From an uncultured Muribaculaceae bacterium (GTDB lineage: Bacteria > Bacteroidota > Bacteroidia > Bacteroidales > Muribaculaceae), in contig CAJUSN010000001.1 in assembly GCA_910589095.1 (NCBI GenBank), positions 1 to 60,409 on the forward strand: DNA of 60,409 nucleotides, written 5' to 3'. Made by a program: the position numbers and the translations under genes. Positions 48,261-58,473 of the stretch are shown one piece after another (positions within the stretch are counted from its first letter, which is position 1; each line of letters starts with the position of its first letter). The notes under the pieces are model-generated. The model was not told the DNA's origin. It searched no databases and saw only the letters and a program-made list of their open reading frames with translations.

Positions 48261-50735
48261 ATGACTCTGTTTGCCGAAGTAATTCTCCCGCTCCCGCTGA
48301 GCGGCACTTTCACCTATGAAATCCCGCAGGAAATGGCCGGCGAAGTAAAGCGCGGCCACCGGGTCATTGTGCAGTTTGGCAAACGGAAGTTCTACACCGG
48401 TATCGTCACGGCCATAACCCCGCGGAAACCCGATGGCTATGAAGTAAAACCTATAACTCTTCTCCTTGACAATCAACCCATCCTCCGCAACCCTCAGCTC
48501 AAACTCTGGGAATGGGTTGCCGACTATTATCTCTGCTCCACCGGCGATGTCATGAAAGCGGCTCTCCCGGCCGCCCTGAAAGTGGAGAGCGAAACATTTC
48601 TTGAACCCGCCACCGACCTCGATGATGCCCCCTCGCCCCTGTCCGAGCGCGAAGCCGTCATTCTCCAGACTCTCATCCATGCCGGAAAGCGCATGTCCGT
48701 TGCCGACCTGGCCAAGACCACTGGCTATTCCGGAATGAATGCACTGGCCGCGAAGATGCTTGAAAAGGGGCTCCTCATGGTTTCGGAGAAACTGGTCGAA
48801 CGATATGTGGCTCGCAAAGTAACCTACGTTGCTGTCAATGCCGAACGCAATGACCGCCAACGCCTCCATGAGATGTTCGACTCCGTGGCTCGCGCTCCCA
48901 AGCAGCAACAGGCCCTCCTCGCTCTCCTCGACATGAGCGGATTCATGCAACCCTCCGCTCCCCTCCGCGAAGTAACGCTCACCCATCTCCTGGAGCGCAC
49001 CGCTCTCTCTCGCCCCATCATTTCCGAAATGGAGAAAAAAGGTATCCTCACTATCTCCAAACGCGAAATCAGCCGCTTCTCCTTTACCGGAATCTCCTCA
49101 GGCGAACTTCCCACTCTCAGCGAAGCTCAGAACCGTGCCCTCCAAGAGCTGCACCAATCCTGGACCCAACATGAAGTGACCCTGCTCCACGGTGTTACTT
49201 CTTCCGGCAAAACCGAGATCTATATCCATCTCATTGACTTCATCCTGCGTCGACGCCTCCAAGTGCTTTATCTCGTACCGGAAATCGCACTCACCACTCA
49301 ACTCACCTCCCGACTCCAAAAGGTGTTCGGCAATAGCGTCCTGGTGTACCATTCCAAGTTTTCCGACAACGAACGCGTCGACCTCTACCGCCGCATTCTC
49401 AACACATCCGAACCGCTCGTCATCATCGGACCCCGCTCGGCCGTATTCCTCCCCTTTGCCCAACTTGGCCTCGTTATTGTGGACGAAGAGCATGAAACAA
49501 GCTACAAACAGCAGGACCCCGCCCCTCGCTACAATGGCCGCGACACAGCCATTGTCCTTGCGCGTATGCACGGCGCTAAAACTCTTCTCGGCTCAGCCAC
49601 TCCCGCCATCGACACTTACTATAAAGCCACCTCCGGACGCTACGGTCTCGTCACCCTCAGCGAACGCTTCGGAGGAGTCCGCCTTCCTCAAATCAAGCTC
49701 GTCGACACCACAAAAGCCCGAAAGGCATCCATGATGCAAGGCGCGCTTGCCCACGAAACCGTCAGCATGGTGCGTCGCACCATCGACTCCGGAGCCCAAA
49801 GCATCATTTTCCTCAACAGGCGCGGTTACGCTCCTGTGGCTCAATGCAAACTCTGCGCTTGGACCCCCAAATGCGAGCATTGCGACGTGTCACTCACCTA
49901 CCATAAACGCATCGACAAACTCGTGTGCCACTACTGCGGTGCCATCTATCCCCTCCCAACAGTTTGCCCCGCATGCCGCGAACCGGCAATAGAGGTCCAC
50001 GGCTACGGCACCGAACGAATGGAGGATGAGATTCAGCCTGCACTCGCCAACGCCAAAGTACTCCGCATGGACCTTGACACCACGCGCAACAAGGAGGGCT
50101 ACTCGCGCATGATCTCCGAGTTTTCGCGTGGCGACGCAAATGTGCTCGTAGGCACTCAGATGGTAACAAAAGGGCTTGACTTCGACCGCGTGAAAAGCGT
50201 GGCCATAGTCAATTCCGACGCTTTGATAAACCAGCCCGACTTTCGCGCCTCGGAACGCGCTTTCAACATGATTTCCCAAGTGGCAGGACGCGCCGGTCGC
50301 CGCGACGAGCAGGGCACAGTGGCCATTCAAACCCGGCAGCCATCCCATCCCCTCTTCCCCAAGCTCCTCGCCCACGACTACATAGGCTTCTTCCAAGAGC
50401 AACTGGAGGAACGTCGCAAATTCTTCTACCCACCTTTCACACGCCTCATATACATCTACATCAAGCATCGCGACCCGCGTGAGCTCGACTCTCTCGCAGC
50501 CCGTTACGCCAATCGCCTGCGCGAACTCTTTGGCAACCGTGTGTTCGGACCCGAAGAGCCCGCTGTTGGTCGTGTACAGACGCTCTACATCCGAAAAATC
50601 ATGCTCAAAATCGAGGTAACGGCATCAATGAAGCAAGTAAAAGAGATTTTGCGGGCAACCTACGAAGAGATGCACGCCCTCCGCATCCCCTCCATCAAAA
50701 CAGCCGTCATCTATTACGACGTCGACCCCATGTAA
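48261..50735 (+). CDS. priA: primosomal protein N'
   Basis: GVTSSGKTE, PEIALT, DEEHE, two Cys clusters and QVAGRAGR. Confidence 0.95.
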   Translation: MTLFAEVILPLPLSGTFTYEIPQEMAGEVKRGHRVIVQFGKRKFYTGIVTAITPRKPDGYEVKPITLLLDNQPILRNPQLKLWEWVADYYLCSTGDVMKAALPAALKVESETFLEPATDLDDAPSPLSEREAVILQTLIHAGKRMSVADLAKTTGYSGMNALAAKMLEKGLLMVSEKLVERYVARKVTYVAVNAERNDRQRLHEMFDSVARAPKQQQALLALLDMSGFMQPSAPLREVTLTHLLERTALSRPIISEMEKKGILTISKREISRFSFTGISSGELPTLSEAQNRALQELHQSWTQHEVTLLHGVTSSGKTEIYIHLIDFILRRRLQVLYLVPEIALTTQLTSRLQKVFGNSVLVYHSKFSDNERVDLYRRILNTSEPLVIIGPRSAVFLPFAQLGLVIVDEEHETSYKQQDPAPRYNGRDTAIVLARMHGAKTLLGSATPAIDTYYKATSGRYGLVTLSERFGGVRLPQIKLVDTTKARKASMMQGALAHETVSMVRRTIDSGAQSIIFLNRRGYAPVAQCKLCAWTPKCEHCDVSLTYHKRIDKLVCHYCGAIYPLPTVCPACREPAIEVHGYGTERMEDEIQPALANAKVLRMDLDTTRNKEGYSRMISEFSRGDANVLVGTQMVTKGLDFDRVKSVAIVNSDALINQPDFRASERAFNMISQVAGRAGRRDEQGTVAIQTRQPSHPLFPKLLAHDYIGFFQEQLEERRKFFYPPFTRLIYIYIKHRDPRELDSLAARYANRLRELFGNRVFGPEEPAVGRVQTLYIRKIMLKIEVTASMKQVKEILRATYEEMHALRIPSIKTAVIYYDVDPM

Positions 50736-50802
50736 TCTCCACTCCGCTTTTCCCCGAACCGCTCCCTTTTCCACATCCTCACACTATGGCAATTCGGAAT
50801 CT

Positions 50803-51882
50803 TTAGCCTTTGCAAGCACGGCGATAGAGCACAACCGCCACCACAGAGTAAATGATATTCGGTATCCACATGGCAATCAATGGCGATGTATAACCCGACA
50901 CGGCAAACGATGAAGTTACAGTCATAAACAGAATATAGCTGAAACTCAACACTATACCGATACCGATATTTACACCCATCCCCCCCTTCACTTTACGTGC
51001 CGAAAGTGCCATACCGATCACCGTGAGGATAAACGCCGCCGCCGTCATGGCGAATCGACGGTGATACTCAATCTCGAATCCCTTGATATTAGCCACGCCG
51101 CGGTCCTTCTGCCGGCTGATATACTCCTCAAGATCAGGCGTTGTCATCTTTTCATGGTCGTTTTTAGCTATGAGGAAATCACGTGGCTCGATGGGTATCA
51201 CTGTATCAAGCTTTGACCCGCGACGGATCACCTCGCGCGTACCCTTGAAATCACGGATCATATAGTCACGCACCTGCCAATTGTGCAGCGAATCATAGCG
51301 GATGGTCTGCGACGTGAGGCGCGACACAAGCTTCTTATCCTTGAACGACTCGAGCGAGAACTTATAGCCCGTACGCGTTGCATTGTCATATCGCGACATA
51401 TAGGCAATCTCCCCCTTGGCAACCTGAAGCTGGATATTAGTCCCGTACTCCACGCTCTTGTTCTTCACATACTGATTAGTGTATTCTATGCGCTTCACAT
51501 TGGCCGGAGGTATTATATAGGCACTCAGAAGATAAGTTGCCGCCGCTATCACCGTGGCGCTCAGCATGTAGGGACGCAGCAAGCGGGGAAAACTCATCCC
51601 CGACGACAGCATGGCTATGATTTCCGAATTGTCGGCCAGCTTCGAGGTGAAGAAAATCACCGCTATAAACGTGAACAGCGGGCTGAATTGGTTGGCAAAA
51701 TAAGGCAAGAAGTTAACGAAATAATCAAACACAGTGGCCTTGAGCGGCGCCTTGAGAAACGCGTCAAGCTTCTCGTTGATGTCAAACATCACCGTGATGG
51801 CCAAAATGAGTATGATGGCAAACACATAAGTGCCGAGAAACTTCTTTATGATATATACGTCAAGCTTCTTAATAATCTTCAT
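50803..51882 (-). CDS. LptF/LptG family permease
   Basis: LDVYIIKKFL, NSEIIAMLSSG and AMWIPNI motifs; 3+3 TM layout. Confidence 0.9.
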   Translation of the reverse strand: MKIIKKLDVYIIKKFLGTYVFAIILILAITVMFDINEKLDAFLKAPLKATVFDYFVNFLPYFANQFSPLFTFIAVIFFTSKLADNSEIIAMLSSGMSFPRLLRPYMLSATVIAAATYLLSAYIIPPANVKRIEYTNQYVKNKSVEYGTNIQLQVAKGEIAYMSRYDNATRTGYKFSLESFKDKKLVSRLTSQTIRYDSLHNWQVRDYMIRDFKGTREVIRRGSKLDTVIPIEPRDFLIAKNDHEKMTTPDLEEYISRQKDRGVANIKGFEIEYHRRFAMTAAAFILTVIGMALSARKVKGGMGVNIGIGIVLSFSYILFMTVTSSFAVSGYTSPLIAMWIPNIIYSVVAVVLYRRACKG

Positions 51883-51921
51883 AGCACAAGCAACGAGTTA
51901 ACTCATGATTACTGGGCGATA

Positions 51922-53052
51922 TCAAAGCCGGCGGGTCACCCGCTCTATCATCTGAGGCTTCCACGTGGCGAAATCGCCCTCTATGATGTGGCGCCTCGCC
52001 TCTCCAACAAGCCACAGATAGAACGCCAGATTATGGATCGACGCTATCTGCATGGCAAGAAGTTCCTGCGAGATGAAAAGGTGGCGCACATAGGCTCGTG
52101 AGTAAGCATGGTCCACATAGGATGTACCCGAGGGGTCAAGCTCCGTGTGATCATCGGCCCACTTCTTGTTTCGCATGTTCATCACCCCGTTGGCGGTAAA
52201 CAGCATCCCGTTACGGCCGTTGCGAGTAGGCATCACACAGTCCATCATATCCACTCCGCGGTCAATCGCCTCGAGAATATTTGCGGGAGTGCCCACACCC
52301 ATCAGATAGCGCGGACGGTCAGCGGGTAGTATCTCGTTGACCACCTCTATCATCTCATACATCTTCTCTGTCGGTTCGCCAACAGCCAAACCGCCTATGG
52401 CGTTGCCGTCGGCTCCCAGATCGGCCACGAACTTGGCCGCTTCACGACGCAGATCGGGATACACCACCCCCTGCACTATAGGAAAATAAGCTTGCGAATA
52501 GCCATACAGCCCTTCGGTCTCTTTGTAGCGTTTCCATCCGCGCTCAAGCCAACGCTGCGTCAGCGCCAGCGAACGCTTGGCATAATCATAGTCGGCTGTG
52601 CCGGGAGGACACTCATCAAGCGCCATCATGATGTCGGCGCCTATGATGCGCTCTATATCCACCACATTTTCCGGCGTGAACAGATGCTTGGAGCCATCGA
52701 TATGCGACCGGAAATGTGCTCCCTCTTCCGTGAGCTTGCGCCGATCCGACAACGAAAACACCTGGAAGCCGCCGCTGTCAGTCAGTATCGGCCGGTCCCA
52801 GCCGTTGAATTTATGCAATCCACCCGCATTTCGGAGCACCTCCATTCCCGGGCGAAGATACAGATGGTAAGTATTGCCCAGTATGATCTGAGCCTTTATA
52901 TCATCGCGCAGCTCATGCTGATGCACTCCCTTTACCGAGCCGAGCGTACCCACAGGCATGAAGATAGGCGTCAGTATTCGCCCATGGTCCGTCGTGATCT
53001 CCCCGGCGCGGGCATTGGTGCCGGCTGCTGTTGACTGTAATTCAAACTTCAT
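51922..53052 (-). CDS. tgt: tRNA-guanine transglycosylase
   Basis: TPIFMPVGT, NTYHL, TDSGGFQ and DCVMPTR motifs; -7 box at 53058-53065. Confidence 0.96.
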   Translation of the reverse strand: MKFELQSTAAGTNARAGEITTDHGRILTPIFMPVGTLGSVKGVHQHELRDDIKAQIILGNTYHLYLRPGMEVLRNAGGLHKFNGWDRPILTDSGGFQVFSLSDRRKLTEEGAHFRSHIDGSKHLFTPENVVDIERIIGADIMMALDECPPGTADYDYAKRSLALTQRWLERGWKRYKETEGLYGYSQAYFPIVQGVVYPDLRREAAKFVADLGADGNAIGGLAVGEPTEKMYEMIEVVNEILPADRPRYLMGVGTPANILEAIDRGVDMMDCVMPTRNGRNGMLFTANGVMNMRNKKWADDHTELDPSGTSYVDHAYSRAYVRHLFISQELLAMQIASIHNLAFYLWLVGEARRHIIEGDFATWKPQMIERVTRRL

Positions 53053-53130
53053 AACCGCAAAATTACTAAATTTATCCCGTTCCCGCCTCATCACCGCAAA
53101 AAAAATCAAGCACTCCCCTCCAACAACAAC

Positions 53131-53257
53131 GCGGTGTGCCAAAATTCGTTTGGCACACCGCTGTTATCTTCGGATGGGAGGAGGTTGTCAGAATGGTTCA
53201 GATGGTACGAGTTGCGACCGACGCCGCATGTCAATAGCTACAACCCGAATGAGCCGT
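53131..53257. repeat. dispersed structured intergenic element, copy B
   Basis: Homologous to 26101-26215, with compensatory changes in two stems. Confidence 0.85.
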
Positions 53258-53298
53258 GACTAAACCACCTCTTGCGGTTATTTCTCAACAAGTGCCGC

Positions 53299-54276
53299 TC
53301 AGCAAATGGCATCCACAAGCGTGGCGTTGCCTTCAAGCACAATCTCGGTAGCCATTGCAGGCACGAGCACGCTCTCACCCTTGCGCACTTCAACGCGGTT
53401 GCCGCGGTCGTCCGTAACAGTGAGCGATCCTTCAATGCAAGTGTAGGTCACGAATGAATCATAATCCGGACGGATCACCTTCTTGCCCTCAACTTTCACG
53501 CGCGAAACGGTGAAATGGTCACATTTCACCAATTCAGAAACACCATCTTTCTCCTCGCCTGCCTTGGTCACATACGAAGGATAAACTGTGTAATCAATCG
53601 CATCCTTGGCTTCTTCCACATGAAGCTCGCGGGGCTGCCCGGTCTTGGCATCAACGCGACCAAAGTCGTAGATTCGGTAAGTGATATCAGATGTTTCCTG
53701 CACCTCCACAAGCAGATTGCCCGCGCCGATGCTGTGGATACGACCGGCAGGGAGGAAGAACACATCGCCGGGGTGCGACTTGTGGTGCGCCACCACCTCC
53801 ATCAGCGTATTGTCGGCAACTTTGGCTGCATATTCCTCAGGAGTCACCTTCTGGGTCAGTCCGGCGCAAATCACTGCATCGGGCTCTGTGTCCACGATAT
53901 ACCACATTTCGGTCTTTCCCAGCGAGTTGTGACGCTTGCCGGCCAGTTCATCATCCGGATGAACCTGCAGCGAAAGATCGCCGGCGGCATCTATTATCTT
54001 GATAAGCAACGGGAACGTGTTGCCGAATCGCTCATAGGTGTGCTTACCCACAAGCGCCTCCTTGTACTCTGCAAGCACTTCAGGAAGAGTCTTGCCGGCG
54101 TCAGGACCGTTCTCCACTACCGAGGGGTTGGAGGGAACGCCCGACACTTCCCAGCTTTCGCCTATTTTGGTCTGTTCGGTTTCTATGCCCTTGAAGGGTG
54201 CTATTTTTTCACCGCCCCAAATCACGCTTTTGAGTATGGGGTTGAATTTCAACGGTGGAATGTTGGGAGTCTGCAT
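53299..54276 (-). CDS. manA: type I phosphomannose isomerase
   Basis: IWGG, GESWE, FPLLIK, LSLQVHPDD, KTEMWY and SDITYR motifs. Confidence 0.9.
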   Translation of the reverse strand: MQTPNIPPLKFNPILKSVIWGGEKIAPFKGIETEQTKIGESWEVSGVPSNPSVVENGPDAGKTLPEVLAEYKEALVGKHTYERFGNTFPLLIKIIDAAGDLSLQVHPDDELAGKRHNSLGKTEMWYIVDTEPDAVICAGLTQKVTPEEYAAKVADNTLMEVVAHHKSHPGDVFFLPAGRIHSIGAGNLLVEVQETSDITYRIYDFGRVDAKTGQPRELHVEEAKDAIDYTVYPSYVTKAGEEKDGVSELVKCDHFTVSRVKVEGKKVIRPDYDSFVTYTCIEGSLTVTDDRGNRVEVRKGESVLVPAMATEIVLEGNATLVDAIC

Positions 54277-54347
54277 GGTGATTATTTTTGTAGTTTTTGT
54301 AGATAGTTTCCACAAAAGTAATGCATTTTGCTCACCTATGCAAATGC

Positions 54348-54872
54348 TCAAGCTATGTATGTCACTTTTTCCGGATGCCACTTTTTCACCGGTGCATGCA
54401 ATTTGAGCGGACGCCCAACCGGAATCACATTAAACGGCACAAACTCATCGCTCAATCCAAGTATCCGGCTCACGCTTGCCATTCTGTCCTCATGCGGATA
54501 AGCACACGTCCACACCGCTCCCAAGCCAAGCGCATGAGCCGCCAACAGCAAATTTTCCGATGCTGCCGACACATCCTGCACCCACAGCGTTGCATCATCG
54601 CCCTCAAGGAATTTGCTCTTATCACCACACACCACTATAGCGAGTGGCGCACTGTGGGCCATCTTGCAGTAAGGCAGTGCATCCGCAAGCTCATCAAGCA
54701 CCCTCCGGGAGGTTACCGCCACAAAATGCCATGGCTGTCGGTTCACTCCCGTTGGAGCTGCCATTGCAGCATGTAGCAAAGTTGATAACTCTTCATCTGT
54801 CACCTTTACATTCGGATCAAAGTTGCGGTAGCTTGTCCGCGACATTATATTGTCAAGTGCATTTCTATCCAT
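54348..54872 (-). CDS. nitroreductase family protein
   Basis: SRTSYRNF, AAPTGVNRQPW and ENLLLAAHALGLGAVW motifs. Confidence 0.9.
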   Translation of the reverse strand: MDRNALDNIMSRTSYRNFDPNVKVTDEELSTLLHAAMAAPTGVNRQPWHFVAVTSRRVLDELADALPYCKMAHSAPLAIVVCGDKSKFLEGDDATLWVQDVSAASENLLLAAHALGLGAVWTCAYPHEDRMASVSRILGLSDEFVPFNVIPVGRPLKLHAPVKKWHPEKVTYIA

Positions 54873-55045
54873 ATTTATTTTTATTGAAGTGATTATAACA
54901 TAACGCACAGCCATCCTCCCCAGTTCATCAAAAAAATTTTTCCTCTCAAATGAACCCCTGGCCCCCTCCCAACGTTTACATGACAAGAGAAGGCATTTTG
55001 CTGGCGTTATTAAAAAGCCACACCCCTTATTTCGATAACCTTCTC

Positions 55046-55082
55046 AGCCCACTTCCGCCATCCGGACGTGGGCTCTTTTTTT
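55046..55082 (+). terminator. orphan intrinsic terminator in a divergent intergenic region
   Basis: AGCCCAC..TCCG/CGGA..GTGGGCT stem plus T7, with no upstream + strand gene. Confidence 0.6.
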
Positions 55083-55186
55083 ATAAAACATCATCCCCGG
55101 GGGGACAAACTGTTAGAGAAGTAATTTCAAGTGAATGCAACCATTTCCATGTTAACCGACGTCTAATAGGAAAAACAGTTTGACTC

Positions 55187-55516
55187 ATGAAAAAATACTT
55201 TATCCCTTTCTTGGCTCTCCTCCTATGTTCCTGCTCCGAAAAGTACACCTACTACATTGAAACCGAGAACGGCGAACGCATCGTTGCCGGCAATAGCACT
55301 ATTGGTGAAAACGAAGTCGGAAATTTCCGTGCCTCATCCGACAGCGCTGCCTATTTAGAGGGCTACCACCGGCTCGTTCTTGCACAACAAGTCTACAACG
55401 ACCTTGCACAAGCAAATTTAAACAAGCATGGAAAACCAGTCCGTTTGTTCATTTTCAACGAAGACGGGACAGAGATTTCCAACATCGATTTCGCAACCAA
55501 ACACGCGGAAGAATAA
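55187..55516 (+). CDS. small hypothetical lipoprotein
   Basis: MKKYFIPFLALLLCSC lipobox. Confidence 0.7.
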   Translation: MKKYFIPFLALLLCSCSEKYTYYIETENGERIVAGNSTIGENEVGNFRASSDSAAYLEGYHRLVLAQQVYNDLAQANLNKHGKPVRLFIFNEDGTEISNIDFATKHAEE

Positions 55517-55563
55517 GAACTCAGACACCAATACTAATTATCATCCCCCATCAAATACCAACA

Positions 55564-55595
55564 AAGTCCATGCACCCCCTCGAGTGCATGGACTT
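55564..55595. terminator. hairpin between the convergent lipoprotein and rho genes
   Basis: AAGTCCATGCAC / GTGCATGGACTT 12-bp stem. Confidence 0.7.
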
Positions 55596-55621
55596 CGCTA
55601 ATTATTTCTATCCAAAATCTA

Positions 55622-57757
55622 TCAGTCGCCCATGGTGCGCAACAGCTCATCGTTGCTTGACGTGCGCTCCATTCGGTCCTTGATAAATTCCATTGACTCA
55701 ACCGAGTTGCGGTCCGACAGGAAGCGCCGGAGAATCCACATGCGGTTAAGTGTCTCCTCGCGAAGCAACAGGTCGTCCCTGCGGGTGCTCGATGCCATGA
55801 TATCCACTGCCGGGAATATGCGCTTGTTCGAAAGCTTGCGGTCAAGCTGAAGCTCCATATTGCCCGTGCCCTTGAACTCTTCGAATATCACCTCATCCAT
55901 CTTTGAAGAGGTTTCAGTAAGGGCGGTGGCGATGATTGTGAGCGACCCTCCGTTTTCAATGTTTCGCGCTGCTCCAAAAAAGCGCTTGGGCTTCTGGAGC
56001 GCGTTGGCATCCACACCTCCTGACAGTATCTTGCCCGACGCGGGGGAAACCGTATTGTATGCGCGAGCCAGACGCGTTATTGAGTCAAGCAGAATCACCA
56101 CATCATGTCCGCATTCCACCATGCGCTTCGCTTTTTCAAGTACAATACCGGCAATCTTCACGTGGCGGTCGGCAGGCTCATCGAATGTCGATGCTATCAC
56201 CTCTGCATTCACGCTGCGGCTCATGTCTGTCACCTCCTCGGGGCGTTCGTCAATAAGCAGAATCATGATATATGTCTCGGGGTGATTCTCGGCAATAGCA
56301 TTAGCTATATCCTTCAGAAGAATGGTCTTACCGGTTTTTGGAGGTGCCACGATAAGACCGCGCTGGCCTTTACCTATCGGCGAGAACATATCCACTATTC
56401 GGGTCGATATATTTGCCGAACGTCCTGATGTGAGATCAAACTTCTCATCTGGGAACAGCGGAGTGAGATGCTCGAAAGGCACTCGGTCGCGGATAAATTC
56501 GGGGGAGCGACCGTTGACCTTAAGCACCTGAGTCAGCGGGAAATACTTTTCTCCCTCACGCGGAGGACGTATCGAAGCTTCAACCACGTCACCTGTTTTC
56601 AGCGCATGTGATTTCACCTGCTGCTGCGTCAGATAAACGTCGTCAGGCGAGGGCAAATAATTGAAATCGCTTGAACGGAGGAAACCATGCCCTTCGGGTG
56701 CAACTTCAAGCACACCACAGGTCTCGATCAATCCGTCGAAGTTATAGCGTGGCTGCACATTTTGATTTGCGCCGCCATTATTGTTGCGGTTCTTCTTGTT
56801 GCGGTTCTTCTGCTGCTTATCCAGCTTTTCCTGCTGCCATGGCTCCAAAAGGTTTATGGGCTGCGATGCAACCGCTGCTGCTGCGGCTGCTGCGGCTTCC
56901 TCCTTTTCGCGCTGGGAGCGGGGCACAAATTTACGCCCTTCGCCACGCGGGAAGAATGAACCGAATGTTGCGTCGCGCTTGCCAAAATCGCGCTTGCCCT
57001 GTCGCGGTTGCTGGCGGGGCTGCTCTTCGCCTTCCGGTTGCTGAACGCTCTCCTGCGATCCTCCATTTGCTTTATTCTCGCTTTCCGCAGCCACGGGTGC
57101 ATCCTGCGGCTCGGACTTGGGCTGTCCATCCTCCTGACTTTCCGGAGCTTGCACTGCCACGGCTTCCTTCTCTTCAGTCGTTGTCTGCACTGCGGTTGCC
57201 GATTCGGCCTCTGATTGTGCCTGGGGCTGCTCTCCTTTGCGTTTACGTCCGCGTTTCGGTTTTTCCGGCTCGGCTACTGATTCCTGCTGCGGCTCGGTTG
57301 CGGCTGCTGCCAATGTCTCATCGGCCGGCGCTTGCGCCTCGCTTTTCGGCTTACGCCCACGCTTTTTAGGCGCTTTCTGAACTTCTTCCGCAGCAGGTTC
57401 TGTTACGGCTCCGCTCTCCGCACCTCCGTCAGCTTCCGCTGCCGGCTCGGCCTTGGGCTGCTTGGATTTCTTAGCCTTGGGCTGCGTACGCGCCTCCTTG
57501 CTATCCTCCTTCGCGCCCTCCTTGGCTTCCGCCTTCTCTGCACTCCCCTTCTGACCTTTGCCTCGTTTCGACTTGGGTTTATCGGAGGTGGCCTTACGGG
57601 TTTGTGCCGTGGCTACGGAGTTAATGGCTTGCTGATCAAGAATTTCATAAACCGCCGTTTCGCGGTCGGTCAAGTTGAGTTTATTCAATCCCATATTGTC
57701 GGCAACTTCCTTCAGTTGCTCGTCGCTCATGGATTGTAGCTCTGAGATATTATACAT
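55622..57757 (-). CDS. rho: transcription termination factor Rho with a long N-terminal disordered insertion
   Basis: [35 protein letters not shown] and FEEFKGTGN motifs. Confidence 0.96.
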   Translation of the reverse strand: MYNISELQSMSDEQLKEVADNMGLNKLNLTDRETAVYEILDQQAINSVATAQTRKATSDKPKSKRGKGQKGSAEKAEAKEGAKEDSKEARTQPKAKKSKQPKAEPAAEADGGAESGAVTEPAAEEVQKAPKKRGRKPKSEAQAPADETLAAAATEPQQESVAEPEKPKRGRKRKGEQPQAQSEAESATAVQTTTEEKEAVAVQAPESQEDGQPKSEPQDAPVAAESENKANGGSQESVQQPEGEEQPRQQPRQGKRDFGKRDATFGSFFPRGEGRKFVPRSQREKEEAAAAAAAAVASQPINLLEPWQQEKLDKQQKNRNKKNRNNNGGANQNVQPRYNFDGLIETCGVLEVAPEGHGFLRSSDFNYLPSPDDVYLTQQQVKSHALKTGDVVEASIRPPREGEKYFPLTQVLKVNGRSPEFIRDRVPFEHLTPLFPDEKFDLTSGRSANISTRIVDMFSPIGKGQRGLIVAPPKTGKTILLKDIANAIAENHPETYIMILLIDERPEEVTDMSRSVNAEVIASTFDEPADRHVKIAGIVLEKAKRMVECGHDVVILLDSITRLARAYNTVSPASGKILSGGVDANALQKPKRFFGAARNIENGGSLTIIATALTETSSKMDEVIFEEFKGTGNMELQLDRKLSNKRIFPAVDIMASSTRRDDLLLREETLNRMWILRRFLSDRNSVESMEFIKDRMERTSSNDELLRTMGD

Positions 57758-58127
57758 AAAGTAATATTGGATGAGGGGAAATATTCTGTTTTGTGACTGT
57801 TGCCGGGAAGCGTAACTCTCTGCTTATCATCAAGCTGGAGACTTATGATTCATCGCAACTCTAATGAAATGAATATATTCTGATTAAAGTCGGCTAAAGC
57901 TTGGCATAAAACGCCTCCTGAGGATGCACCTCCGGCCATAGCCGTTTGTCCCATATATTGGGATTCACAATCTTGTAAACTTAAACGGATTTATTATGGA
58001 GTTCCATAATCATTGAGTGTATGTTGAAAACAAGCCGAAGGCCGGTTAAAACAATTCATTTGGTGAAGCAAACACACTCCAAGGCTGCGAGCGCCGGGCC
58101 CGAATTTCATATGGCCCAAACTCTTTG

Positions 58128-58135
58128 CAAAGTTA
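58128..58135 (-). promoter_or_regulatory. -7 promoter box for rho
   Basis: TAACTTTG on the minus strand, about 370 bp upstream of the rho ATG. Confidence 0.55.
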
Positions 58136-58473
58136 TACATTAATTTTTATACTTGCAATTATTTCTGCTCTATTTTGGCCATCATACTGATTATAACCAC
58201 TTTACGAGGATTATATCAATCTTTCACCATTGTTGTACCATTTTTTGCCGTCAACAATCGCACATCCTTGGCCACATTCTGTTAACTACACAGCCCGCGT
58301 GTGCCACACTTTTGCTAAGAGTAACGCTCCGCACTTAGAGTAACGCTCGTGATATATATATTGTTTAAGCCTCTCCCCCCTCCCTTTAAACATTCGCCGT
58401 CTGCCGAACACACGTGCCCGCTGCGGCGTTCTTTTTACATCCCGGACATAATCAAGCCGGAATCCTTTCTCAC

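Noticed and set aside
48126..48986. Long antisense ORFs (also 31691-32392, 35287-36018, 42766-43491, 51283-52101, 53515-54306)
   Set aside because: They lie opposite well-conserved genes, are typical antisense shadows, and show no protein-family signal.
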